From the IMG/VR virus record IMGVR_UViG_3300027798_000072, positions 1 through 45,465 of that record: a stretch of DNA of 45,465 nt, one strand, 5' to 3'. Position numbers and translations under genes: made by a program. The notes under the pieces were generated by a model that was given only the letters and a program-made list of their open reading frames with translations, was not told the DNA's origin and made no database searches. Below, piece after piece: positions 28,527 through 38,120 of this stretch. The stretch comes from a virus (lineage: Duplodnaviria; Caudoviricetes). Numbering within the stretch: position 1 is the first letter of the stretch; each line of letters starts with the position of its first letter.

Positions 28527-29240
28527 ATGGCAACATGGAGTGTTAAACCCGAATGGAAGAAATCAATTATTGAGCGTAATTATTTTACCAAAGATAATAA
28601 CAAACTAATGGTTGAAACTGGCTGGCGCTGGGGAGAATTTACTGTTTATACAGAAGATGAAAATCCACCTGATATCAGCTCCGGAGTAGATATCTATGAC
28701 TGTGGATACGAAGCCGAACTAGTTGAAACTAGCGACGGTTGTTGGGAAGAACAGGACATGGATGAGTGTGATGAAGAAACACAGGCCTGGCTAGAAGAAT
28801 TCTTTGAAGAAAATTCTTGGCTTGACCTAGAAGAACATGGCTGGAGTCAGGATGAATGTGAAATGATTATCGATTGTGATTTGATTATTGAAAATATGGA
28901 TACGGATGAAGTTGTGGATAGTTCTAGTGAGGCTGAGGCAAGAGCAATGCTAGAAAAACCCACACAGTGGCCTTGGGGCCCTGAACTTGCGTCTACTGTA
29001 GAAACTGCTAAGTGGCCGTTTGATAGACCAAAAGAAGGTAAGAAGGAAGAAAAAACAATGACTAAGAAAAAAGTAAAAATAGAACTATACGCAGAAGCAC
29101 CCTATGCGCAGGGTTATGCATCGGGTTTAGCAGGTGAGAAGTTTTTTAACCCCTATGCAGACATTGAAGATGCAGAAGCGGATGCAGATGATTATCAACG
29201 TGGATATGACAATGCTACAGAAACTACAAAGGTTCAGTAA
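28527..29240 (+). CDS. Acidic hypothetical protein with C-terminal Rmf-like segment
   Basis: ATG 28527 after AAGGA SD; C-terminus YAQGYASGLAG..NPY..YQRGY. Confidence 0.65.
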   Translation: MATWSVKPEWKKSIIERNYFTKDNNKLMVETGWRWGEFTVYTEDENPPDISSGVDIYDCGYEAELVETSDGCWEEQDMDECDEETQAWLEEFFEENSWLDLEEHGWSQDECEMIIDCDLIIENMDTDEVVDSSSEAEARAMLEKPTQWPWGPELASTVETAKWPFDRPKEGKKEEKTMTKKKVKIELYAEAPYAQGYASGLAGEKFFNPYADIEDAEADADDYQRGYDNATETTKVQ

Positions 29241-29512
29241 TGAGATGGTTAAAAAGTAAATTACGTAGTTGGATCTTTGAAGAAGATACGGTAGAGCGAT
29301 CCAATCGTGTAGTATCAATTATAGATAGAGATATTGACAATCATGGTATGAATTTTACCATTATGAATGCAGTTGGTGGCTATGTTATGCAATATAGTCA
29401 GTATGATGAAAAGAATGACAGAAGTGACCGTAGATTGCATATTATCAACAGTGAGCAAGACTTAGGTCAAAGTATTGCACACATTATAACTTATGAAATG
29501 TTAAGGAAATAA
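29240..29512 (+). CDS. Hypothetical protein
   Basis: 90 aa, TAATG coupling to the upstream gene. Confidence 0.7.
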   Translation: MRWLKSKLRSWIFEEDTVERSNRVVSIIDRDIDNHGMNFTIMNAVGGYVMQYSQYDEKNDRSDRRLHIINSEQDLGQSIAHIITYEMLRK

Positions 29513-29513
29513 A

Positions 29514-30200
29514 ATGATTTATGAAAATGTATACACAACTACATACCGTTCAGCGGAAGAAATTAACAATGCAATGGGTCGTGTCTATGGACATATGAGC
29601 CTAGCAGTTGTTATGTCAATGCTGGTTAGTTACTGGGTGGGAACTACCCCGGAATTGTTGCAATTCTTTTTCACAGGTGTGACTAAATGGATTGTGATTT
29701 TTGCCCCGCTTGTTGCAATATTTGGTATTTCTGCGGTACTGGCTAATGATCCTAGTAAAAGCGTAGCACAATTATGTTTACATGGTTTTGCGGCATTGAT
29801 GGGATTAAGTTTTGCTACTATCTTTGCAATATTCACTATGGGAAGTATTGTATCGGCATTTATGGGTGCGGCAATATTGTTTGGTGTTATGAGTTTTTAT
29901 GGATACTTTACCAAACGTAGTTTAGATAGTCTAGGCAAGTTTATGTTCGTTGGATTGATTGCAATTGTAATTGCTAGTATCGTTAACATCTTTATTGGCA
30001 GCACTGTAATGCAAATGGTAATCTCTGCAATAGCTATCATTATCTTTTTAGGATTGACAGCGTATGATACACAAAAGATTCGTGAAGAATTAAGTGTAGA
30101 TGCTACTCCGGTCGCAGAAGTTCGAGGTGCATTAACTTTGTATATGGATTTTATTAACTTGTTTATTAACTTGTTACAACTTTTTGGTGATAGAAAATAA
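29514..30200 (+). CDS. Bax inhibitor-1/YccA family membrane protein
   Basis: About 7 hydrophobic segments; YGYFTKRSL..LG.F, GLTAYDTQKI and ALTLYMDFINLF motifs. Confidence 0.9.
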   Translation: MIYENVYTTTYRSAEEINNAMGRVYGHMSLAVVMSMLVSYWVGTTPELLQFFFTGVTKWIVIFAPLVAIFGISAVLANDPSKSVAQLCLHGFAALMGLSFATIFAIFTMGSIVSAFMGAAILFGVMSFYGYFTKRSLDSLGKFMFVGLIAIVIASIVNIFIGSTVMQMVISAIAIIIFLGLTAYDTQKIREELSVDATPVAEVRGALTLYMDFINLFINLLQLFGDRK

Positions 30201-31123
30201 TGAAGAACAATCTTTGGGTAGAAAAGTATCGCCCAAACACAGTAGAAGATTATGTGTTTGTTGATAGTAGACAACGTGAACAAGTAGTAGGTTGGATTAA
30301 AGATGAGTCTATTCCGCATCTATTATTGAGCGGTGACCCGGGTACTGGTAAAACTACACTAGCCAAAGTATTGATACATGAACTTGGTATTAACGAATAT
30401 GACGTATTAGAAATCAATGCTAGTCGAGAGAATAGTGTTGATATAGTGCGTGACCGTATTGTTGGTTTCGTGCAGACAATGCCTTTTGGTAAATTCAAAG
30501 TTGTATTATTGGACGAGGCAGATTATCTAACTCCAGCAGGTCAGGCAGCATTGCGTAATGATATGGAAGCATATCATATGACTGCACGTTTTATTCTAAC
30601 ATGTAACTATGGTCATAGAATTATACCAGCACTTAAGAGCAGATGCCATGAAGTTCACATAAGTAAAACGGATAAGACAGAATTTACAGCACGTGCGGCT
30701 ACAGTACTAGTTAATGAGAATGTAGAGTTTGATTTAGATATACTAGATACATATGTAGGTGCTACGTATCCTGATTTACGTAAGTGTTTAAATCAACTTC
30801 AAGTAAATAGTAGTACAGGCAAATTATTGCCACCGTTAAGTGCTAGTAATAGCGAAGATGGATTATTAGTAGAAGCTACACAATTGTTCAAGTCTGGTAA
30901 AATACTTGAAGGTCGTCAACAACTAATGCAATATCTAAGTTTGAATCCAGCAAGAGTAGAAGATATCTATCGCTGGATGTACAATAATTTAGATTTGTGG
31001 GGTAAGACAAATGAGAAACGTGATGCTAGTATCATTATAATTCGTAATGGGTTAGCTAATCTAAGTTTAGTAGGTATACCCGAGATTAACTTAGCGGCTA
31101 CAATGGTAGAATTGACAAGTTAA
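30200..31123 (+). CDS. gp44: Clamp loader ATPase subunit (T4 gp44/RFC-like)
   Basis: LWVEKYRP, Walker A GDPGTGKTT, EINAS, LLDEAD and KSRC motifs. Confidence 0.92.
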   Translation: MKNNLWVEKYRPNTVEDYVFVDSRQREQVVGWIKDESIPHLLLSGDPGTGKTTLAKVLIHELGINEYDVLEINASRENSVDIVRDRIVGFVQTMPFGKFKVVLLDEADYLTPAGQAALRNDMEAYHMTARFILTCNYGHRIIPALKSRCHEVHISKTDKTEFTARAATVLVNENVEFDLDILDTYVGATYPDLRKCLNQLQVNSSTGKLLPPLSASNSEDGLLVEATQLFKSGKILEGRQQLMQYLSLNPARVEDIYRWMYNNLDLWGKTNEKRDASIIIIRNGLANLSLVGIPEINLAATMVELTS

Positions 31124-31132
31124 GGATTAACA

Positions 31133-31387
31133 ATGAGATATTTATTTATTACGTATTTGAAGAAGGCTGATGGTAGAATTGATGAACAAGTTGAGTTATC
31201 TAATACTCTCAAAGTACGTGACCATCAAACTGCTAATATTATTTTAGATTTTAAAGAGAAAAAAGTAGAGAAAGCCTACATTGAAGGAAATACTATTCCG
31301 CATGAGTGGGAAAAAATCGAAGAATACTATCATCAAGTATATCCTGATTTAATTGAAGATTTGCGTAAGCAAAATATCAGCGAATAA
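31133..31387 (+). CDS. Hypothetical protein
   Basis: 84 aa with AAGGA SD. Confidence 0.7.
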   Translation: MRYLFITYLKKADGRIDEQVELSNTLKVRDHQTANIILDFKEKKVEKAYIEGNTIPHEWEKIEEYYHQVYPDLIEDLRKQNISE

Positions 31388-31389
31388 AA

Positions 31390-31414
31390 GTAGAGGTGTT
31401 ATGAGCACCTCTAC
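31390..31414. terminator. Hairpin between convergent genes, likely bidirectional terminator
   Basis: GTAGAGGTGTT-atg-AGCACCTCTAC; an upstream A run gives a U tail on the - strand. Confidence 0.75.
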
Positions 31415-31420
31415 AACCCT

Positions 31421-32194
31421 TTAATTGTACAAGTTTAGTACATGCTCAATAATTTTATGTCGTTGAACATCTTTTAGTTCAAACTTACATAACTGCAATC
31501 CTGGTATCACCCCCTTCCCCAATCGATTTTGTAGGTCTAGTAGCCCATTGTCGGCTGTTTTTCTATCGGCTTGTTCAATGTCGCCAGTAATTACAATCTT
31601 ACTACCAACGCCGATTCTAGTCATAATCATTTTGAGTTGACCAGGTGTTGCATTTTGAGCCTCATCTAATACGATATAGCTATGTTTAAAGTTTCGACCT
31701 CGACAGAATGCTAGGGGTGCAATTTCAACTATTTGTTCTTCTAGCATGTGGGCGATTTCCCGTACCGTATAATACTCTCTTAAAACGTCAAGCAATGGTC
31801 TCGTCCACGGTTCCATTTTCTGATTTAAATCACCGGGTAAAAATCCATGCTTCTCATCATCAACTCCAATTGCAGGTCTAGTAAGAATAATACGGTCAAC
31901 TTCTCTGGCTTTTAGGCTTTTGATAGCAGCCTGCATTGCCAGATAGGTTTTACCTGTACCCGCTGGACCACTGACCACAACAATATCTGTCTCTTGGTCT
32001 AATAATCCTAGTATGTATTTTTCTTGATTTACTGACTTAGGTACTAATTGAATAGGTCTATTATTCAGTTTTACCTTAGTTTGGTCAAAGTTGATTGTTT
32101 TTGATTCATGTGTGTAAAATGTCTGTGTGTCTTTTTTTGCGTGTGCGTATCTTGTGTCTTGTTCACGTAATGCGCTAGTTTTGCGTTTGCTCAA
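31421..32194 (-). CDS. phoH: PhoH-like ATPase
   Basis: GPAGTGKTYLA, ILTRP, GFLPGDL..KM.PW, RGRNF, LDEAQN, TRIG and GDIEQ.D motifs; TTG start with AAGGAG SD. Confidence 0.95.
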   Translation of the reverse strand: MSKRKTSALREQDTRYAHAKKDTQTFYTHESKTINFDQTKVKLNNRPIQLVPKSVNQEKYILGLLDQETDIVVVSGPAGTGKTYLAMQAAIKSLKAREVDRIILTRPAIGVDDEKHGFLPGDLNQKMEPWTRPLLDVLREYYTVREIAHMLEEQIVEIAPLAFCRGRNFKHSYIVLDEAQNATPGQLKMIMTRIGVGSKIVITGDIEQADRKTADNGLLDLQNRLGKGVIPGLQLCKFELKDVQRHKIIEHVLNLYN

Positions 32195-32293
32195 AGTATT
32201 CTCCTTTGTAGAGCCTGAGTTCTCATAAAACTCATATGTATTTACAGTGATTGACTGCTGGTCAAATAGTACACTTTTTACAGGGTTTTAGGT

Positions 32294-32356
32294 GATAAAT
32301 ATTAGGCTAACCTTGAAAAATCTTATTGCTCACAATCATTAGGTTAATGATAAATA
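32294..32356 (+). promoter_or_regulatory. Two late promoter boxes GATAAATA
   Basis: Copies at 32294-32301 and 32349-32356; the second lies 6 nt before ATG 32363. Confidence 0.65.
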
Positions 32357-32362
32357 CGTATT

Positions 32363-32977
32363 ATGAGTAAAAATCCTTCTGACGCTTTTTTTAATGATAT
32401 TGACTTTCCTAGTATTATAGATAATATTAAGGGAATATACACCAGTGATGGTACTATGAGCGTATTATTAGATTTTGAACGTGTATTAGATGAGGCTGAT
32501 TTATATGCATATAAAAATTGGGAATTGGGAGAAGTTGTCAGTGGCCCAGAGTCAAAGAGATATACAGTAAGTTGTATATTAATGTACCCATACAAATTAA
32601 TGCCTGATCCACGCGGTGCTAAACGTCTATTAAGTGTTGGATGCAATATTAAATTCAAAAAGACTATAATAAAAGTTCCAGTTGACATTGAAAGTTCTGA
32701 GGATTTTAAACCCGGAACGCATTATCCGAAATTAGTAGAACGTGATATTTGGTTAGTACGCATAGAAATGCCCAAAGAATTAATGAATGATATCCGTGAG
32801 GGAAGTATCGATTTAGCTGGTCAAACACTAGACTTAGATGAGTTGGATAATTCTTACGAAGAAGATTTGGATAAAGAGGGAACTGACACTGACGAGGAAC
32901 AACAAGGTCAAGATATGACCGGCGGAATGGCAGGACCACCCGGAGCAGCTCCTCCACCAATGCCAGGAGCAATGTAA
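32363..32977 (+). CDS. Hypothetical protein (late)
   Basis: 204 aa with an acidic and Pro/Gly/Met-rich tail. Confidence 0.75.
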   Translation: MSKNPSDAFFNDIDFPSIIDNIKGIYTSDGTMSVLLDFERVLDEADLYAYKNWELGEVVSGPESKRYTVSCILMYPYKLMPDPRGAKRLLSVGCNIKFKKTIIKVPVDIESSEDFKPGTHYPKLVERDIWLVRIEMPKELMNDIREGSIDLAGQTLDLDELDNSYEEDLDKEGTDTDEEQQGQDMTGGMAGPPGAAPPPMPGAM

Positions 32978-33516
32978 TGCGTAAAATTCTTGTTGAAGGT
33001 TTTGACTATCACGATTTAGTAAATCAAATAGAACCCAAAGTTTCTGTAGATGAATATAGTGCTAAAATGGGTGATGATGATGAAATTGTTACATTAGCAT
33101 TTATAGTTAAGGGAAAACAAGCTAGCGAAGATTTAGTTGATTGGTTTGAGCGTGGATATGAATGGATATTAGATGCACAGGTAAGTGATGGAGAATTAAC
33201 TCCCGGTAAATATCTAGTGTTTGTTGAAATGAACCGTAGAAGTAAATCTCCCGATCGAATTATTGAACTTATAGAAGATTTGGAAACACTAACTGATTTA
33301 CCATTAAAAGAATGGACAATTACTGTCGATGAAGAGGATTATGATCCCAAGGTAGAAGAATTAAAATCAGTAATGATACTAAGTCCACACGATTATAGAC
33401 AGCAAAAAGAAGATGGATTAAATGAAATGCGTGAACGTGCAGGAATGGAACCTCACAAAATATATAATGAAAAAGATTCATTATTAAAAGACTTTATAGC
33501 AAAGGCAGGATTATAA
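32977..33516 (+). CDS. Hypothetical protein (late)
   Basis: 179 aa, acidic, TAATG coupling; LVE and LNE sites near the termini. Confidence 0.75.
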   Translation: MRKILVEGFDYHDLVNQIEPKVSVDEYSAKMGDDDEIVTLAFIVKGKQASEDLVDWFERGYEWILDAQVSDGELTPGKYLVFVEMNRRSKSPDRIIELIEDLETLTDLPLKEWTITVDEEDYDPKVEELKSVMILSPHDYRQQKEDGLNEMRERAGMEPHKIYNEKDSLLKDFIAKAGL

Positions 33517-33517
33517 A

Positions 33518-34117
33518 ATGGCAACATTAATGGCAAAGAAAGCTGATGGTTCTGTACCATTAGCAAAGACAGACGATCACCACGAAGCATTAGCGGCTGA
33601 TCCTAGTATATCAGCATTCCCACAAGGTAGCACATTTGGAGGAACATCGTCAAACGGATTCGGTACTACCGCCCCCGGCTTTGGTGCAGTTCCCCCGGCA
33701 TCAAGTTCTAGTGGACTCGGAAGCTTCGGAGCAGTTAGCCCAGGAAAAGAATCAGGAGGAAATATGACAAGCACAGTAACAGTAACACAAAATCAAGCAG
33801 AGTCACTAAAAAGCGGTGGCGGTGCAATGAGTGAAGGCGGACAATCTACTGTAGCACTAGACCAAAGTTCTACCGATTGGATCAACAAGAAAATGCGTCC
33901 AATGATGGGCTGGATCTACATGTTAACATGTACAGCAGACTTTGTTATATTCCCTGTATTATGGAGTCTTTTACAAGCACTATCACACGGGCAAGTTACA
34001 AGTCAATGGCAACCATTAACATTACAAGGTGCAGGACTGTACCATATTGCAATGGGTGCTGTACTTGGTATTGCGGCTTACGGCAGAACAAAAGAAAAGG
34101 TAGCCGGAGTAGCTTAA
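33518..34117 (+). CDS. Holin-like protein (3TM, GTA-holin type) with low-complexity N-terminus
   Basis: MRPMMGWIY..F..FP and MGAVLGIAAYGRTKEK match the GTA_holin_3TM pattern. Confidence 0.7.
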   Translation: MATLMAKKADGSVPLAKTDDHHEALAADPSISAFPQGSTFGGTSSNGFGTTAPGFGAVPPASSSSGLGSFGAVSPGKESGGNMTSTVTVTQNQAESLKSGGGAMSEGGQSTVALDQSSTDWINKKMRPMMGWIYMLTCTADFVIFPVLWSLLQALSHGQVTSQWQPLTLQGAGLYHIAMGAVLGIAAYGRTKEKVAGVA

Positions 34118-34123
34118 TAAATA

Positions 34124-34152
34124 TTGACTCTAGCACATTAAGGTGTTATAAT
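34124..34152 (+). promoter_or_regulatory. Sigma70-type promoter (extended -10), leaderless to dnaJ
   Basis: TTGACT (34124-34129), 17-nt spacer, TGtTATAAT (to 34152); ATG at 34160 with no SD. Confidence 0.75.
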
Positions 34153-34159
34153 CAATACT

Positions 34160-34969
34160 ATGGACCATTATACAACATTAGGGGTTGCTAAAAATGCTAC
34201 CCCAGAAGATATTAAAAAAGCATATAGAAGAATGGCAGGACAACATCACCCTGATAAGGGCGGTGATACTGCTACATTTCAAAAAATCCAACAGGCTTAC
34301 GAAACACTAAGCGATCCTGGAAAAAAACAACAGTACGATAATCCAAATCCATTTGGGCATGGCCATCCTGGTCATCCCGGTGGAGGATTTCAAGGTGGTT
34401 TCCCGGGAGGCTTTCAGTTTCACATGAATGGATTTGACATGGGTGACATATTCGGACAAGTGTTCGGACAGCAACGTCAACAGCAACGGCCTACATTTAA
34501 AACTACTATATGGGTAACACTAGAACAAGTGTACAAAGGTGATGAACAAACATTACAACTTAATACCAATGGTGAAAATAGTGTAGTTAAAATTCAAATA
34601 CCAAAAGGTGTAGATAACGGTGCTACACTACGTTATGAGAACTTAATTAAAGACGGTATACTTATTATAGAATTTAGAATACATCCTCATGCTGTATTTC
34701 AACGTCATGGATTTGATTTAGTATCTGAACATGCAATTAGTGTATTGGATTTAATTGTTGGTACTGATATTAAATTTACTACTATTAGTGGTAAATCATT
34801 AGATGTTAAAATTAAACCCAAAACACAACCGGGTACTACATTGCGTATACCCGGAGAAGGATTACCTACTAATTATGGATATGGTGACCAAATGATATTG
34901 CTAAAACCGTTTATTCCTGATATCATCAGTGATAGTATTATTAATAGCATTAATTCAAGTAAAAAATAA
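34160..34969 (+). CDS. dnaJ: DnaJ class B co-chaperone (J domain, G/F region, C-terminal domain; no Zn finger)
   Basis: DHYTTLGV..IKKAYR..HHPDKGG..F..I..AYE.LSD; G/F-rich linker; LRIPGEGLP. Confidence 0.92.
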   Translation: MDHYTTLGVAKNATPEDIKKAYRRMAGQHHPDKGGDTATFQKIQQAYETLSDPGKKQQYDNPNPFGHGHPGHPGGGFQGGFPGGFQFHMNGFDMGDIFGQVFGQQRQQQRPTFKTTIWVTLEQVYKGDEQTLQLNTNGENSVVKIQIPKGVDNGATLRYENLIKDGILIIEFRIHPHAVFQRHGFDLVSEHAISVLDLIVGTDIKFTTISGKSLDVKIKPKTQPGTTLRIPGEGLPTNYGYGDQMILLKPFIPDIISDSIINSINSSKK

Positions 34970-34979
34970 AGGAAACTCA

Positions 34980-37253
34980 GTGCATTCATCACCGGAAATT
35001 GAAATTATTATCGGACAAGCAATTGATTTTGCTAAACAAAGAAAACATCAATATTGTACTGTAGAACATCTATTGCTATCATTAGTTACATATCCTCCAT
35101 TTAAAAAATGCTTAGATGTATATGGTGCGGATATTGATACTATGACACAAGAAATTGGTCTATATTTAGATAGCCTACATGCAATTAAAGTAGAGACAGA
35201 CGAAGATGTTCAACCTAGAAAAACTAATAGTTTAGAACGTGTAATGAATCGTTCAGTAACACAAGTGTTATTTACTGGAAGAAAAACAGTAACCACCATT
35301 GACTTGTATTTGAGCATTAGTGCAGAAACAAATAGTCACGCACATTATTTCTTATTAAAATACGGAATCACCAAAACTGAATTTATTAATTTCTGGCAGA
35401 AACATTATAAAGGTGATGATTCTACTAATAAAATGTCGGACGATCAAGCTGATGAGGTACTTGATGAATATACAACTAATCTAACTAAATTAGCTAAAGA
35501 TGGTAAGATTGAACCCATGATTGGTCGTGCGAAAGAAGTAGACGATATTATTAATGTATTAGCAAAACGATTTAAATCAAACGTATTGCTTGTAGGTGAC
35601 CCGGGCGTAGGTAAAACAGCAATTGTAGAAGGATTGGCTCAGAAGATTATTGACGGAGAAATTCCTCAATTCTTAAAAGACCATGAGTTATATTCACTTG
35701 AAGTAGGTAATCTACTTGCCGGAAGTAAATATCGTGGTGACTTTGAAGAAAAAGTAAAAGAAGTATTGGAAGCGTTAACTGTTAAAAAGAAAGCAATTCT
35801 CTTTATTGACGAAGCACATACTATGAAGGGTTCTGGTAGTGCAAGTAACGGTGCAGTTGATTTTGCTAACATGATTAAACCTGCTATTACTAAGGGTACA
35901 TTGAAAGTTATTGCAAGTACAACTTGGGAAGAGTATTACGAGAGTTTTGAAAAGGATCGTGCATTAATGCGTAGATTCTATCGTGTCTCAATAGACGAAC
36001 CTAGTTATGACAGTACAATTAAAATCTTAACAGGATTAAGCACTAGATTAAATGAATTTCATAATGTAGAAATTACTAGTGAAGCAATTAAGAGTAGTGT
36101 GGATAATGCTACACGTTATATGCATGACCGTAAAAATCCAGACAAGAGTATTGACTTGTTAGATGCGGCTTGTGCTAAACAACGTGTGCTTGAAAACAAA
36201 GGTGCACTGATTACCAAAGAACTTATCTTTGAACAAGTAGAGCGTATGACTGGTGTCAAAGCAGATAAATTGAGCGAAGATACTTCAAAGCGTGTTATGG
36301 ACTTGGAAAGTAACATCAAAGACAAACTATATGGTCAAGAGGAAACAATTGATAAAGTATTAGACCGTGTATATGTTAGTTTTGCAGGTATCGGTAATCA
36401 AACTAAGCCAATGTGTAGTTTCTTATTCTTGGGCCCAACTGGTACAGGTAAAACTGAACTGGCAAGATTACTCAGCAAGAACCTTGAAATGCCATTAATC
36501 AAATATGACATGAGCGAATACAGTGAGAAGTTTACAGTTAGTGCATTACTTGGCCCTCCCCCTGGTTATGTTGGGTTTGGTGAAGGCTCATTAGGTGGTG
36601 GACGATTGATTAATGATTTAAGTAAGAACCCACATGCTATTTTGCTATTTGATGAAGTTGAAAAGGCTCACCCGGATATCTTTAATATCTTCTTGCAATT
36701 ACTAGACGAGGGTAAGGTTACCGGAAGTAACGGTAAAGAAGTTAATGCTAAAAACTGTATTGTTATCTTAACTAGCAATTTGGGAAGTAGCGACAGTGAA
36801 CGCAATAACATTGGATTCGGTAATCAAGAACGTTCCGGAGAAGATGATAAAGCAGTAAAAGAATTCTTCAAGCCTGAATTTAGGAATCGCATTGACTTAG
36901 TTTGTAAATTCGGTAAACTGGACATGCTAGCAATCAAAAAAATCGTTATTAAATTTACCGATGACTTGAAGAAATCTCTAAAAGATACACATGACATTGC
37001 TTTAAATTTAAGTGAACCTGTTGTAGATTATCTTGCTGAAAAGGGATATGATAATAAAATGGGTGCTAGACCATTAAGTCGTAAAATTGATGAATTGATT
37101 CGTGTACCACTAAGTAAAAGAATTCTTTTTGATAGAATTAAAAACTCTAATGTCACTGCTGTTTTAGACGGTGACGAGATTAAATTTGAAGTAGCACAGA
37201 AATTAAACGCGGAAGTAGATATTAATGGATTTATCAACATCATTGAACAATAA
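34980..37253 (+). CDS. clpA: ClpA-like AAA+ unfoldase
   Basis: Two Walker A motifs (GDPGVGKT, GPTGTGKT), Clp N domain, IGFG ClpP-docking loop, MGARPL, no ClpB M-domain. GTG start at 34980 after AAGGA. Confidence 0.9.
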   Translation: MHSSPEIEIIIGQAIDFAKQRKHQYCTVEHLLLSLVTYPPFKKCLDVYGADIDTMTQEIGLYLDSLHAIKVETDEDVQPRKTNSLERVMNRSVTQVLFTGRKTVTTIDLYLSISAETNSHAHYFLLKYGITKTEFINFWQKHYKGDDSTNKMSDDQADEVLDEYTTNLTKLAKDGKIEPMIGRAKEVDDIINVLAKRFKSNVLLVGDPGVGKTAIVEGLAQKIIDGEIPQFLKDHELYSLEVGNLLAGSKYRGDFEEKVKEVLEALTVKKKAILFIDEAHTMKGSGSASNGAVDFANMIKPAITKGTLKVIASTTWEEYYESFEKDRALMRRFYRVSIDEPSYDSTIKILTGLSTRLNEFHNVEITSEAIKSSVDNATRYMHDRKNPDKSIDLLDAACAKQRVLENKGALITKELIFEQVERMTGVKADKLSEDTSKRVMDLESNIKDKLYGQEETIDKVLDRVYVSFAGIGNQTKPMCSFLFLGPTGTGKTELARLLSKNLEMPLIKYDMSEYSEKFTVSALLGPPPGYVGFGEGSLGGGRLINDLSKNPHAILLFDEVEKAHPDIFNIFLQLLDEGKVTGSNGKEVNAKNCIVILTSNLGSSDSERNNIGFGNQERSGEDDKAVKEFFKPEFRNRIDLVCKFGKLDMLAIKKIVIKFTDDLKKSLKDTHDIALNLSEPVVDYLAEKGYDNKMGARPLSRKIDELIRVPLSKRILFDRIKNSNVTAVLDGDEIKFEVAQKLNAEVDINGFINIIEQ

Positions 37254-37926
37254 ACCAACTGTAGACTTAATTGATTATCGTGGTACATTGTATTACGGTA
37301 AGTATAATTACCGAGCAAGATTACATTTAATTGGAATTAGACGCACGACATTTGCTAATAATATAGAAGATTATAAGAAAAAGCTATTTGGATCTAAGTA
37401 TAAAGTTGATGCTAACGGAATAGATTTTAATAGTATTGAGAAATACTTAGTCTGGCGGGAACTTCATACTAAGGGTAAAAATAAACAAGCAACAATTCGT
37501 ATTGAGGGTGATGTTGCGGGTATTTTTAGCAATGATTTGCATTTGTTAAAAACATTAGATAATATTGGTTTAGTAGACTATACAGAGATAGACAATAGTA
37601 TTCCTACAGGTGTCAAGTATTTTACTAATGATCCTAAATATAATTACAGAGTTTATTTAAAATCTAAAAAAGTCGATGACAAATTTAAAGATGATTTGTG
37701 GAGATTTATAGATAGATATAAAGATACTGGTACCGTAATTGTACCTAGTAATGCGTTAAGTAACTGGTTAACGGGTAAAACTAGACAACATTACTGGTAC
37801 GGTCCATACTGTTCCAGTCATTTCTTCATTGATTATAACGAAGAAAGTACCAATAGTTTAATTGGAATTATGTTCGGGGACATGATTAAGAGTAGATTTA
37901 AACTAGAGAAACGTCCAGAACAATGA
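37225..37926 (+). CDS. Hypothetical protein
   Basis: 233 aa; two loosely similar halves (YGKYNYRARL and DPKYNYRVYL). Confidence 0.7.
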   Translation: MDLSTSLNNKPTVDLIDYRGTLYYGKYNYRARLHLIGIRRTTFANNIEDYKKKLFGSKYKVDANGIDFNSIEKYLVWRELHTKGKNKQATIRIEGDVAGIFSNDLHLLKTLDNIGLVDYTEIDNSIPTGVKYFTNDPKYNYRVYLKSKKVDDKFKDDLWRFIDRYKDTGTVIVPSNALSNWLTGKTRQHYWYGPYCSSHFFIDYNEESTNSLIGIMFGDMIKSRFKLEKRPEQ

Positions 37927-37950
37927 TAAATACTCTATAGTGGAGTATTT
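37925..37950 (+). promoter_or_regulatory. Late box overlapping an SD-sequestering hairpin
   Basis: GATAAATA at 37925-37932; AAATACTCTA/TGGAGTATTT stem (37928-37950) contains GGAG. Confidence 0.7.
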
Positions 37951-37952
37951 TC

Positions 37953-38120
37953 ATGGCAAAGATTGTCGAAACCGTATTCGTAGTTAAACTAAGTCAATTA
38001 GTAAGAGATAAACCAACCGACGTTGAAACTGTTGGTTTTGATGATCTTCCAAAGACCATCGAAGAAGTAGTTCAGCAACTAGTTGTTGGTGACATATTAG
38101 TGGAAGTCGAGAGAGCATAA
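37953..38120 (+). CDS. Small hypothetical protein (55 aa, absent from the ORF track)
   Basis: MAKIVETVFVVKLSQLVRDK..ILVEVERA; GGAG SD; stop overlaps the next ATG (TAATG). Confidence 0.8.
   Translation: MAKIVETVFVVKLSQLVRDKPTDVETVGFDDLPKTIEEVVQQLVVGDILVEVERA

Noticed and set aside
32216-32234. Small hairpin in the phoH leader
   Set aside because: A short stem that does not cover the SD; not enough to call a regulatory RNA.
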